Source: Balanoglossus misakiensis (lineage: Eukaryota > Animalia > Hemichordata). From it: a stretch of 64,000 bases of DNA. The notes beneath the pieces are model-generated. The model was given only the letters and a program-made list of their open reading frames with translations, was not told the origin of the DNA and did not search any database. The stretch spans positions 1,498,925-1,562,924 of the forward strand of contig CM082583.2 in assembly GCA_040954595.2 (NCBI GenBank), given 5' to 3'. Shown here piece by piece: positions 13,934 to 27,310 of this stretch. Position 1 is the first letter of the stretch. Each line of letters starts with the position of its first letter. Made by a program: the position numbers and the translations under genes.

Positions 13934-16277
13934 TTGTAGTAGTTCTTGTTATCTATCATGTGTTAAAATCCAACATACCTATGCATGCTGTCTTCTCCCG
14001 GCCCCTAACACGTACTGTACTGGCCGACCTATATACTATACCCTAAGAAAAAGACAAGGGATGCAACTTGTCTCATACCCAACTGATTTTCACTCGCCAA
14101 AAAACACACCAAGTCAACATCGGAATCGCTAAATTTCGACATGGGCCAACTTACAGTAGTCATACTCGACAATCCTGATCCGTACTGTACCTCATATCGT
14201 AGATAAAGCTGGAAAATCCACAGTTTTCGCGATGTATTTTGGCATTGCTTGCAACAATCTCTTAGTGAAACCTCCAGCTCGTCTGCCCGCGAGTCAAAAT
14301 TTGAAATCAACCAATCGCGTAGCGTGTATCAAATTCGTCGGCTCAGATATAGGTCATCAGACTCGTCCCACGCAGACGCGGGCAGACGAGCTGGAGGTTT
14401 CACTAAGAGATTGTTGCAAGCAATGCCAAAATACATCGCGAAAACTGTGGATTTTCCAGCTTTATCTACGATATGAGGTACAGTACGGATCAGGATTGTC
14501 GAGTATGACTACTGTAAGTTGGCCCATGTCAAAATTTAGCGATTCCGATGTTGACTTGGTGTGTTTTTTGGCGAGTGAAAATCAGTTGGGTATGAGACAA
14601 GTTGCATCCCTTGTCTTTTTCTTAGGGTATAGTATATAGGTCGGCCAGTACAGTACGTGTTAGGGGCCGGGAGAAGACAGCATGCATAGGTATGTTGGAT
14701 TTTAACACATGATAGATAACAAGAACTACTACAAATATAATTAAATAATTAAATAAAGAATTATATAAAAATAATAATTTTAATAATAATAGGTCCGATT
14801 TCCACAAAAAATTCACCATAGGGGTATCTTGGCTCAATAAGAACAAAAATGATATCCGTTTAGTGATAGTCATGTTTCTATGGCAACCATTTTGGGGCTG
14901 AAATTATGCTTTTTGTGCTAAGAGAGGGTATCACAAGTCAATTTACATAATAATTGGTTGGATTCGAACACAAAATCACACTGGCAGTATTTTTGTTCAC
15001 AAAGAAAACATTTGGGGTTTATTTTCCGAATGCACAATAATAAGTTGGTGAAATTTGACTTTTCTTTCAAGACAGAGGAACTGCGCATGTGCAGAAAAAC
15101 TGGCAATGCAGCCTGCCGATTTCCACAGTGTAACTACAAAAAAATTCCAGACTGTCGACCAGTTTTAAAACATAAATTCATTGGTATTGCATAAACGTTT
15201 ACCGTCTATTTGTTGTTGTATGACATGGGTTATTGAATGAAGGCAGTTACAGGACACACTCGTAGAAGTACACTGTTTGAGTATTGACAGCGAGTCTGTG
15301 TTAAATTTGGCAGTTCAGCGTGACTTCAACACTAAATAGACAACTAGAAGAAAAGTCTGCAAACTTCTAAATTTCTGGAAATGTTTTATTTGGTATGGTT
15401 ATGAAATAATTTTCGTCTATGAAGAATCAAATCTCAGCGACGCACGATAGCTTCTGATGAATGCGAAGACCTGTCAGCTGACACGCAAATACAGCCAAAA
15501 CATAAAATTCAACATTGAAAACGGAACCGCGAGATGCCTCGTGTGTCTGTCCTGTCACCTCGTCTGAGAAAACAATAAAATTCCCGAGAAATAATAACAC
15601 GAAATCCAAAATATCGTGATAACATTTCTTCATTTCTCTGATTCTATTTGGCTGCCTTGTATTGTAAACATTGCGTCCGTTTGACACCGACACAAACGTA
15701 GCATAACTCAGAGGTCAATACTTTGATTAAAAACAATAATTTTAACACTAACCTTCCTGTTCCACGATATCTGCGGTTTATATGGCGCTCAAATCTCATG
15801 ATATGTGCAATTCTAAAGCCAACTGGGGTGTTATTCCTGTCGTTTTAGCCACGAAAACTGGGCAGACGACACGACGCGAAACAGCTCGTTCACACTCAGT
15901 TGACATCGCGTGATTCCACAGCGCGCGCAAACATACGACAAATTGCTACAATGTTGTACGTAAATAAACTCGGTCTCCAACTCGTGTTGGGTTTCGAGCG
16001 AAGTTTTGTACCTCAGATCTGTCGTACACACGCCACCAGACTCACCGGGTAACAAGGTTTTAAATAGTGTTTAACAATACCCGAGGTCTTTTTGTGAATA
16101 TTAGGTAGAAAATCTCCAACCGAAAGCGTTGAAACGTCGTCTGCAATTTTAGATACATAGGTCACTTTGAAAAATGTTGTCTTTATGAATCTGAAGTATC
16201 ACGAATGATTGTACAGGAAATCCACCCGTGCTTATTAAATTGATAGATTGTTTATATAATTCTTTAAACCCCTTAAC

Positions 16278-16314
<37 letters not shown>

Positions 16315-16409
16315 TAATAATAATAATAATTTTTAATATTTTTTCCATTTTTTATTCATAATAATAATATTATTCATTTGACCACAACTATGAGCCTGAG
16401 TTACCTGTG
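13787..16409. mobile_element. Non-autonomous TIR DNA transposon, CAC...GTG ends, 7-bp TSD ATGGAAC (P-element-like signature)
   Basis: TIRs of ~130 bp including (ATT)n; TSD 13780-13786 and 16410-16416; the empty site in the right arm (~27905-27925) has one copy of the target. No transposase ORF seen. Confidence 0.8.
13927..14741. repeat. Near-perfect 365-bp inverted repeat with 85-bp spacer (foldback/MITE-like)
   Basis: 13927-14291 is the reverse complement of 14377-14741 (one mismatch noticed); explains the mirrored ORFs 14029-14310(-) and 14232-14639(+). Confidence 0.95.
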
Positions 16410-18691
16410 ATGGAACAAGCAAACCAAAATTTAAATGCAACCTGACCTGACATGGAGTTTCAGAGAAAATGATTTTTGACCAAAAATGACAAAATTATAT
16501 TTCCCAAAAATTACAAATTTTGCCACAATTTAAACAATACTAACAAAGATTACCTATAGGAAATAGCATACTAAATTCTAGATACAATTCACGATATTAG
16601 CTGAAAGTATATCAGGCGTGACATAAGCTACATGCATACAAATGTTCAAAGCAATCTGACCAGTTGTTGAGTTTCTGAGTTTTGATCAATTTCACATTGC
16701 TCCAGGTAATTAGCATATTTCATTTGAACAGGCGTGCCTGCATCTAAAAACCCAATATCAAGACTTACCACACAGACTCTGTATTGTATGTTTCTGGAGT
16801 AATCAAATAAAACCAATCATGAAAATACTTCAACCTTCTTAATATGAACAAAATCCTATTTACAGGCTGGCCTGCATCTACACACCAAATATCAAGGGGA
16901 TACGCGAAGGGGTTTTCAAGTTTTTGATGTGGACAGACATACATACATCCATACATACTACATACACACATACAGAGGCAACTGACTGGTCAGAAGGCAT
17001 GAGCAAAAATGCAGGAAATCAATGTTGTGACACTGGTAGTAGGCCTTAATGTATACAATATCAAGACAGTTTATTTAACATGAAGTTTGATATGTTCATA
17101 ATCATTCAGAGCTAAGCATATTTTGAAATTGTAAAATTAATATCAATCACATGAAAACTGACAGCATGCTTTCATTTGGGAATTTAGGTATTGTAATTAA
17201 CACTAACAGTCATGAAACTATTGAATCGTCAATAAAATCATACAGTAGAAATTAATGGGTTTTCTATTTATATGCGATATGAAAATGCAACTTGTGGTCC
17301 TTCGGCCAGTAAGAGGCATCAGATAATATTGTAAGACCCAGTTGCCCAATTGATTAGACCTACATGTATGCGCTGTGTGAAGCGCAAGTTATGGCAACTG
17401 AATTCACAGGACACTGAAGAAAGTGGAATCACTCAAGGTACATATGTATACATGTAGGCTAACAATCACAACACAGAGAATAGTTCTCCATATTCATTTT
17501 TAATACGATAAGATTCACTGAATTGGCGCATCCATGGGCAGGCAAGGTTAGTTCCAACTCAGTTTGCAAATCAGGCCCATGTATCTTGTTCCCTGAGACT
17601 GTCTGCTTCTAATAATAGCTGTAAGAACATAATCGTTGACCGAATGGTTGGTTCAATTTTGCAACATTTTATGATTTCAAGCTGTGCAATATTTGCAACT
17701 CAGTTTCAACTTTGGTTGGAGGGATGATGATGAAGCAATTTCACTGACAAAATAGCACTACTAACTGACGTCAATATTTGTTCAAAGTTAAATGCATTGC
17801 CATCAGAAAAATGTATACTAAAAGTTTCGTATGTGAATAATAACACTTTTTCGTATAACTGCAAACCCTGTCACAGTTGTGAAATTCTAAGAAAATTCAT
17901 TCATTAGGTAGAATTCGTGCTTTATGAATTCTTAAACAAACTTAGTCATGAAACCTAAATGGTTACCTTACACATGTGGAGGCTCGACTTCTGTGATATG
18001 ATAGTCTTTAATTAATGTGTATGTGATTCCATACAAATCCATATGATTACCTGAACATACAAAATAAATTGAAAATAAATACATAAATTAAAAATAAATA
18101 AGTATCTCATACATATGCATAAGTGCTTGTGAGAAATATATCATATATCTAAATAAACCTGTCATTTATTGACCTCATTTTCCCAGTAAACCAAAGGACT
18201 AAATTGCACTTTAATATTACAGCTTCATTTCAATGCAACAGGTACACTACATCATAAGGGAACAAATATGCCAGCTCAACATTTATATAAACAGTGTCAA
18301 AATATAAGTGGCTACAAAAGCTTGTGTCCCTTCAATCCATTCTCCCACTCAGGTCAAACGTGTTACATATTAAAATTGCAATGTGCATAATATACAATTA
18401 GTCTTTTGTAAATTCAGACTGAGAAAATATGACTGATAAACATTATCTGGCACATGTTGGTGAATGGCTGGCGTTGATGTTGTGGGTTGAAATCCGAACT
18501 ATGATTATCGCGGGTACAAATCACATTTATTTTCTCAGAGACAACACGTTTGCAACTTCGGGACAGAAAGGTGAAAACGAACGTCATTAGTTCTTGGGAA
18601 AAAATCTGAAATCAATTTCGGTGAGGTCAAATGTGTTCCAAAGGCAAACCGTTTCTGGTAAACAAATCAATGGCAAATAGTTACTTCGGCG

Positions 18692-18889
18692 ACTTACCAA
18701 TCAATCAACATGGCTGCCAAATCGTTGGATATCCCGGTTTCATCTCGCGATCATTCTATCTTCCGATATGGCGTTGCTTGGTTAAATTCGTCTCTTCTTT
18801 GCCGACATAGTCGGGCGACAGCGGTCCAGAAGCATATACAGCGACGCCATCTTGTTTACAATGTGAAGTATCAACTGCGCATGCTCAAT
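18692..18889 (-). promoter_or_regulatory. CpG-rich promoter/first exon at inner end of left arm, facing outward
   Basis: NRF1-like tgcgcatgc(t)ca, YY1-like aagatggcg (minus strand), tctcgcga, and donor gattg|gtaagt (18692-18697, minus). Confidence 0.5.
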
Positions 18890-19361
18890 GGTTGTTGATT
18901 GGAAAGTGGGCAGAGCCTGCAAGATCCAGGGTTCGCTTGACCGGCCAAACGCGGTTATTCTCCCTGGACCAAATCATTTAAGCGTCAGGCGTAATACATC
19001 ACATAATTGACTGGAAAACTAAACAGTCTTCCACCTATATATCAACACAGTTTATTAAACCAGCACCCGCGCAAATATTTACAAGTATATGATTAAAATT
19101 GATCAAATCATTAATCGCACGGTTACAGCTGTCATAGTTTCTAATAATATTATTCACTGGTAGCGCTGACATACCATGTTGAAACTTCTCGCGGAAATCA
19201 AGATAATTGATCTTACGGTGTCATTTGTTTTTAAAAAGTGCTTAATAACTATTGATCCCATTGATATATTTTTCCATATTTATATATTTTTCGCAAATTT
19301 TGACTGCTTGGGCTACCAATAGCATGGTGATCACAATGGATTTACCACCTCCCAGCTGCGT

Positions 19362-21621
19362 TATAAAAGAATGCCTATTCTGTGGACCCTAGCCTCATCG
19401 AAGACCGAACGTGTTCATCGATGTTTCCATTCATGACGAACTCCAATGCAGGCGTCGCAGTCATTCTGGCTTTCACGCTGTGGGCACCTCTGGTGACAGC
19501 AATTCCCAACAAGTTGCGGGTAAGTAATCACACAACCTATATGAGTGAAAGTTTCTTGTCATTTTCGCAACGTCAAGGTTGATATTCTCTTCTTGGATCC
19601 AAAATGTGTGACACAACAAATGAATCTGCGTGGCAGGGTCGGCTGTGTCTTTTGCTTCGAGGCATAGTCGTCAGACACACATCCCTAACACGCGAAGCCA
19701 GCTTATCCTTTGATCAAATGGCAGCGCTATTCTAAATATTTTACAGCATGCCGTAAAGGACAAACACGTGCCGCTGGAAGAGGCCAACACTCAGCAGAGA
19801 CGGCAAGATGTTAACGGAGGTGAGCCCCAACAATAAATTAATATTGTTCCTTTTATTTAGAAAACGCCGCATAATTAGCCAACCAATCATGGTTATGAGA
19901 AACCTCCAAAATACAATGTATCGATATTTACTGCATCTGTTCATACTTCGCCCGCGCTTTAAAAACCCTATAGCTGTTAAAATTGGCATATTTTTTTCCA
20001 GAGTAAAATACTTCATATGTATATTCCCTATTCCCTAAAATCTTCACCCGTGACCAGTAAGCCATATTACTTGCATTTGCATTGGTTTGTCATCACTTGG
20101 CGTTGCATTTCACGATAGCTGCTTAGCTGCTATTGTTTGTATGAAGGCTGATTAAATCGGTGAGGCACCGTTTTAATACATAGCATGTTCCAATTGCAAC
20201 ATGCAGTCACAATCGGGCATCGATAAGATGTTTATGTATACCTATCAGTAAGCTTATTTTGATGAACCAATTTAAGTTGGAAAATAAAATCATGAAAATA
20301 ATGCAAAAAGTGGCAGCTTTGGAGGCTTTAAACTACAGTTCTCCCAAATTGTCTTGACTAAATGACATACATGTGGTCAAAAGTTCTGACTGCAGAAGAG
20401 GTTGCAGCTGTGGCGGGGGACTGTTCAATTGGAGGAAATATATTTACATGGAATACAGACAATATTGAAATGGCAGCAGAAATAGTTCCTACTGAAAAGA
20501 ATGCTATCTGCAGTGAGTATCACGACTTTAAAATGACAGATTTTGCAAATTTAAAAAAAATATTGAGTGTTTTGACATGCGTCAGTGGTCAGTAACACAC
20601 AAGCTGCATGATAAGAGGGTCACGAGAAATTGTAAGCCGCAATGTATAATGGATTAACTCCATGACCTATGCGACCTACGAACTGTGACGTACAGAATTT
20701 ATTTCTACGTGTAATGCGGTCTGCGGCAGTGAGCCACAGACCGCATTGCGAGACCAGTGAGAATTCACCACAATGCAAACTTTCTGAACGTAGGTTGATC
20801 TCCGAATGAAATATTACCTTGTCACCAGTTTTCCACATGGCTACACTGTAAAATTGGGTGACGTGTTCGTTCACAAGTGGAATAATTGTGAGTAGTAAAG
20901 CACGCGAAGTTAAGCAACGAGCACGTTTTGAAATGCGCGCAGATGATCCCAGTTTAGCAAATTCAGGCCATTGCGTGCATGCAAAAAAAATAATACTGTA
21001 CCGGGGGTGAGCCTACTTTCTTTCCATACAGATACACGTATATGTTGGTTAAGGTATGTGACAAACAGTTTTCATGTAACAGCCAGTGATGCTGACCATA
21101 AAACCAGCGCAGCTGATGCTTTCATCTACAATTTGCAACATGGACGTTTGTGTCTCTGCATGTGTGGTGCATGTTACTGCTGAACAAAAAAGATATGCGG
21201 GCACCACAGGCTGGCGAAAGCGGTGCTCACGTGCTCTGCAAGCTGATGTTGTCACTAAATTGGCAAAGTATTGTACACATGGAGGAGTTTCTTGAGCTGT
21301 CTGTTGTATAAATGTCGGTTGTGAGTACATTATTTTTTATTTTTTTTTAATAATTTTCAAAGCCCCTATGATTGAAGCATATTATTACGACTCATCCGTT
21401 CATCATTCATTCATTCATTCATTCATTCATTCATTCATTCATTCATTCATTCATTCATTCATTCATTCATTCATTCATTCATCCATTCAGTCAGTCACTG
21501 TACCAATTGAAGACGCCCTTGTATAGGAGAATTTAGCTATGTACTGACTGTCTTTTCATTTTTTCTTCATCCTATAGAATCTACCGACCTGGTCGCTGTC
21601 AATAACAATTCAACTCCTTAA
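19362..21621 (+). pseudogene. Internally deleted secreted pentraxin-domain gene: TATA 19362, signal-peptide exon 19433-19519, pentraxin C-terminal exon fragment 20362-20512, last exon 21578-21621
   Basis: MTNSNAGVAVILAFTLWAPLVTA-IPNKLR then gtaagt. MWSKVLTAEEVAAVAGDCSIGGNIFTW matches the pentraxin/LamG C-terminal W..vL..eei...C...GNi..W motif. Phase-1 donor a|gtgagt joins acceptor cctatag| in frame (KSTDLVAVNNNSTP*); AATAAA at 21891 and ~21930. In-frame stop just 5' of 20362. Confidence 0.65.
21400..21481. repeat. (CATT)n microsatellite
   Basis: About 20 consecutive cattc/attc units inside the intron of the pentraxin remnant. Confidence 0.95.
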
Positions 21622-23984
21622 ACATCCTGTGTGTGTGAAGTCTATGAACACTGGCCATGCATTTCAATTCAAGGACAAAATGAATGCGCAATATTTCGTT
21701 TTATCGAGAGTAATGTGCAGTGATTAAATTTGCTAGGGCTCTCTTAGCAGATTTGGAGTTAGTCATTTTGGTAGAAACTTTTCGAGATGGGAAATCTTTG
21801 GTCATCTAACCAAGTTATTTGTATTTTTGTTATATAAGACAGAGTCATTTCTATATCATAGATGCAAGTTTAATTTATAACATGAATTTGAATAAAATAT
21901 TTTTTTTTAAATATCACCACATGAATTTGAATAAAATATTTTTTTTAAATATCACCAGATTGAAATCTTTGGAAGTTTGCACTTAGAGGGATGGCATGGC
22001 AGTTTTCCACTGTTCATATTACAAAGAATTTGGCGTCACGTGTAGATTTCATGAGTGTTCGAGTTTTGCTCTTCCCAGCCTCGTACCCACAATCCTCTGA
22101 TACTTACACTTACGTCAGTTCTATAGCCGCTGACCCACTAGATTCTCCTTATGAATTGCCCAAATTATTTTTTGGTATAGTTTTGATAGTTGGTGCACGG
22201 AAACTTTTGATCGATTCACGAAATTCAAAATATGTTACATCACAAACCTCATAAAATGGAGGCTAGAGTAGCCTGTTTGTTTTCAGGTAATTTTACAATT
22301 ACCTCAATTACCTTTTTTCGAGGGAGGGGGTTAAGAAAACATACAGATTGAAATAACAAGGAAGTGGTATATCAAACCGAAACCTTATCTCAATCGTGAT
22401 TCTAGAGTGTTTCCATGTCATGTGACATCCACAAAAATGTGGTATTATCTTGAAAAGAGTCCCGATTTCCCAAACTGGTTTTGCGAATGTACTTCACTTT
22501 GGAGCAATGCATGAGTACATTCGTAGAAAGATATTGCTCCACTATTTACTGACACTCCTCTTGTACTGCAAATATTACTGCATTCTGTCAGGGCAAGACA
22601 AAAGACACAGCAGAACTGCCAGAATTAAAACAGACAACTGGCAATTTCAATAAAACATGTAATAACAAATATATGTAACATTGAATGAGGTGTCCATACA
22701 GCTTGGTCATTTAAAGACCTCCAGTCATTGTGACAATGCATAAATATTTATGTACACCATGTTAAAAATTAGTTCAGGCATACCTTATATATGTTTTTGA
22801 CTGACCATATCCTAAGCACGCCCTTTTTTTTCAAAAAGACTATCATTATTCTCTGCCAGGCAGAGAGTTGCCGCTTTCTTGTTAACAATAATATACTATT
22901 ATAACATTGCATAGATTCCTGTTTGTTTCTGTCCATATCTCACAAACTGTGGTGTGCATACTGTTGATATGACCTCAAGAAGAAAATGCCAAATGGAAAA
23001 ATATTTGACATACTAACCTGTATGATAATGTTATACGGTACATTATATTTAACGGTTCCAATCCAATGTTGAGAACTAACAAAACAATTTGAGCAGAATT
23101 CATTTAAAATTAATTGCAGTTCCGTTTCACCGCATTTCATAGGATGCTGGCTAAAATTCATACTATGGTGGATTACCTGTTATGCATTTCTTTCCCTATT
23201 TCGTCTGGCAGATTTGAGTTTGACAAGCTGTCATTTTCCTTTCAGCTCCGCAAAATTGATGGATTTACTTTGACAGCACACAGACTGTCCATTTGTCATC
23301 GGAGATACAAGCAGCATCAGGTGCTGAACAGCTTGCAGCAGTGTTGGAAAAGAGTACACAACACTAACTTGCAAGAGTGCTTTGGCCCTTTCTTCACACT
23401 GTCCGAAACTTGTTGTGTTACATCATTGCTTAATGAATAAGAAATACACAGATATTTAGCGTTCTATTCAATACCTACAATAGATAAAAGGGTTTCGGTC
23501 TGTATGCGACAATCTTCAATGTTCTTATGAGCACAAGGCTTTATTCAGGGAACGTTTTACAGTAAGAATTATATGATATAAACTGAATAAGTTTGTTGTC
23601 TGTCAACTCTTCTGTCTTTGTCTTACCGATACGGTTCTAACCGCGAACACTGAGGCTTCTCTGCTCGTACACAGTATAAATCAATGGATGATAAAATGCG
23701 CCCTCTTTTGGTGAACTCTTCCTACCGCCCGACCTTCTACCTTACATTAAGGCTGTAGGGCGGTCAGGTAGATGGCAGTGTATTGCAAGCGTCTCTTGCA
23801 TATTTTTTTCCGCCAGGAATGGCATACATTCGTTTTTGGCGACACCACAACTGCTGGAACTTCTCGAAAAATTGAGAGCCGGATTTCATTAATGCTCATG
23901 TTTTCCGAAGGGCTGAAAGAAGATCCAGAGTGGAATATTTAAATTTGCCTGTGGCAGACATCATAGTGGCTGCCAGTTATTCTA

Positions 23985-24145
23985 TTTCTTGTGCAAGAGA
24001 TAGTATCTTGTTCCAGCGAGATGTTTTCTCGTGTGCACGAGAAACATGCTATCTCGTGCATATCTCGTGCGCACGAGAAAATTGCGAGCGCACTCGTGTT
24101 CACGAGAAAATATCACATGCACACGTAAGTCGTGCGCACGAGATA
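23985..24145. repeat. Cluster of short palindromes tctcgtgcgcacgaga (DNA-transposon subterminal-type)
   Basis: Repeated variants tctcgtgtgcacgaga, tctcgtgcgcacgaga, ctcgtgttcacgag, tcgtgcgcacga. Confidence 0.7.
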
Positions 24146-25223
24146 AAAAAATGTGCCCTGTAGTCTTTCTTAGGACATGGTAGCGTGACGTCGCATTGTA
24201 ATTAACGGACGATCTTGGAAATTCGGCTATTAATGGTGAATGGACTTTCGCCTCCTTCGAACAACAACAGAGACTGACGTCGCAACAATGACAGAAAAAG
24301 TGAAGCAAATGGCCGACAAAACGAAGAGAATCGGAAAACGGGCAGGATCCTCGGCACAGACATCTGGGAATAATACCACCACATCAAATAGAACGACGAG
24401 TAGTGCAGGACAAACCGCCACCAGTGACTATGACAACAAGTCTGAAGGCGATGCTGGCGAACCCTTGCACAATACAACTACAGTCCTACAGAGAAATGCA
24501 GCCCAGCGCCACTCAAGATTTTCCATTCCTGGTCTGGCAGCAGCCAAAATATATGTTGTTGTTTTTTCTCTTAGAAGCGACCTCAGTCTGAGCTGCATGA
24601 GAATAAACTGTAGGTTGGGAATACATTATCAACAAAAAAACACGCAGTCGCTGCGGTCAACACGTAGCTATTAGTTTCGGTTTTATGTTCGCTACAGCTC
24701 GGAAACCAAAATGTGGTACAACTTCAAGCTACATAAACTGGAAAGCATAGTACGTGCAGAGCAGACCATAGTGACGCAAGCAGGTATTCTAGGTCGTAAG
24801 ATAAAAACACGGCGCTAGAAAAACAGTCATCAAAAGTTGCACGTGTTCCCCGGCCACAAATAATGTAATTGTTGGCGCACAGAATGTCCAGTCGATAAAC
24901 GTTTACGCTATAGAAACTCACTCTCTCAGCAAAAGTCTGACACCCTCGTCAATGACAAAACGCAAACCGAGCTGGGTATGATCAAGTCAAACATAGGGCC
25001 AATCCCCACTCTGTGTTTTATTATTTTCCACATACGATGGTTCTAAATAAAAATGTACCTATTTGAAATGCTTACCGAGGTAAGATCATTGAAAGTTTTC
25101 AAACGTTGATGACAAATGTATAACTGATTTTTTACAAATGAATAATCGCGCACTTGCATGTTATTTTCTCTATACCAGACACCGCGCGCGCGCCGTTGGC
25201 AAAAAAAAAAAACGCGGAAAATT

Positions 25224-25421
25224 ATTGAGCATGCGCAGTCGATACTTCACATTGTAAACAAGATGGCGTCGCTGCCTATGCTTCTGGACCGCTGTCGCCT
25301 GACTATGTCGGCAAAGAAGAGACGAATTTAACCATGCAACGCCATATCGGAAGACAGAATGATCGCGAGATGAAACCGGGCTATCCAACGATTAGGCAGC
25401 CATGTTGACTGATTGGTATGT
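25224..25421 (+). promoter_or_regulatory. CpG-rich promoter/first exon at inner end of right arm, facing outward
   Basis: gagcatgcgca, aagatggcg (25260), tcgcgaga, gccATG (25402), donor gattg|gtatgt at 25416; mate of 18692-18889. Confidence 0.5.
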
Positions 25422-26870
25422 CGCCGAAGTAATTATTTGCCATTGATTTGTTTACCAGAAACGGTTTGCCTTTGGAACACATTTGGCCTCACCGAAATTG
25501 ATTTCAGAGGTTTTTTCCCAAAAACTAATGACGTTCGTTTTCACCTGAGTGCGAGGATGGATTGAAGGGACACAAGCTTTTGTAGCCACCAATATTTTGA
25601 CACTCTTTATATCAATGTTGAGCTGGCATATTTGCTCCAATATGATGTAGTGTACCTGTTGCATTGAAATGAAGCTGTAATAATATTACAGTGCAATCTA
25701 GTCCTTTGGGTTAATAGGAAAACGAGGTCAATAAATGACAGGTTTATTTAAATACAGGATATATTTATCACAAGCACTTATGCATATGTATGAGATACTT
25801 ATTTATTTTTAATTTATTTTTTATTTTTTATTTATTTTGTACGTTCAGGTAATCATATGGATTTGTATGGAATCACATACACATTAATTGAAGACTATCA
25901 TATCACAGAAGTCGAGCCGCCAGATGTGTAAGGTAACCATTTAGGTTTCATGACTAAGTTTGTTTAAGAATTCATAAAGCTACCCAATGAATGAATTTCC
26001 TTAAAATTTCACAAATGTGACAGAGTTTGCAGTTGTGCAAGAAAGTGTGTATTATTCACATAAGAATTTTTTCGTATGCATTTTTCTGATGGCAATGCAT
26101 TTGACTGTAAACAAATATGGATGTCAGTTAGTAGTGCTATTTTGTCAGTGAAATGGCTTCATCATCATCCCTCCAACCAAAGTTGAAACAGAGTTGCAAA
26201 TATTGCACAGCTTGAAATCATAAAATGCTGCAAAATTGAACCAACCCTTTGGTCAACGATTATGTTCTTACAGCTATTATTAGAACCAGACAGTCTCAGG
26301 GAACAAGAGACATGGGCCTGATTTGCAAGTTGAGTTAGAACTGCCTTTGCCTGCCCACGGACGCCCCAATTTCAGCAAAAATTATTGCATTAAAATATGA
26401 GTATGGAGAACTATGCTCTGTGTTTCTTTTGTTAGCTGACATAGCTGTTGTCATTCTAGTTTTTCCTCCGTCCTGTGAGCAGAGTTTCAGTTGCGAAAAC
26501 CGACAGTTCTCAAAGTACAAAAGTACACCTAAATTGCCTCGGTGATGAGCATGCAGAATTTATCTGATGCTTCTTACTGGCAGAAGGACCCCACCAGTTG
26601 CAGATTGTGAATTCCATGGCACAAGGGAATTTACGCTTTGCGTTCAAATATAAATAATTAAATCCTGTAAAATTATTCTATATGTTATTTATTGATGATT
26701 CAAAAGTGTTATGACTGATTGTGTTAGAGTACCTGTATTCCATATAAGCATGCTGTCAGTGCACATCCGATTGATAACAATTTCACATTTTTAAAAATTT
26801 GCTCCTCTGAATAATTATGAATACATAAAACTTCATATGATATAAATTGTCCTGATATCGTAAACATTAA

Positions 26871-27310
26871 ACCCCGATGCGTGGTATAAAAGACCCCCCA
26901 AATCAGTGGCGAATCTTAATGCCGTTTGACTGACAACAGACAACACCAACGATCTTGGCTCTATGAAAATCGGCCCAAACAGATCCAAGCATAAAGAATT
27001 ACACCACACAACGACAGTGGTTGGCTTTATAAACACACACAACATAAAGTTATCGATGAAAAAGTACACGAGCTTTTGAAACAACAATGATTTTGGGAGA
27101 AATCTGGTTTCAGTGCTTTTCAGAAGCATCCCTGGGAAACAATAACCACGCCATTCAAACAGCTGTCAATCGCATAGAGGTGTAAAGTGTTCAATTATTT
27201 TCTATGTACATGAGATCAATTACACAGTTATTATGCACGACGACCACTCCCAAATAAACAACTGTACAAACGCACGTTAATCCGAACCCCAGTACTTTCC
27301 GCACCGGGGT
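26871..27310. mobile_element. Non-autonomous TTAA-targeting TIR element (piggyBac/Kolobok class)
   Basis: ttaa|accccgatgcg ... cgcaccggggt|ttaa; the left arm has a single ttaa (aggccttaatg, 17041-17051). Confidence 0.8.

Larger units (their letters stand above)
5080..18889. repeat. Left arm of giant inverted duplication
   Basis: Colinear reverse-complement blocks: 5080-6510/33700-35530, 7343-7690/33360-33690, 8200-8480/32580-32810, 10820-13310/29783-32590, 13310-13786/27910-28409, 16410-16980/27360-27910, 17020-18889/25224-26870. Confidence 0.9.

Noticed and set aside
14029-14639. Pair of identical proteins on opposite strands
   Set aside because: Artefact of the 365-bp palindrome.
13787-16409. 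Transib/ProtoRAG transposon (CAC...GTG ends)
   Set aside because: TSD is 7 bp not 5 bp, no CACAGTG heptamer/nonamer, no RAG-like coding sequence.
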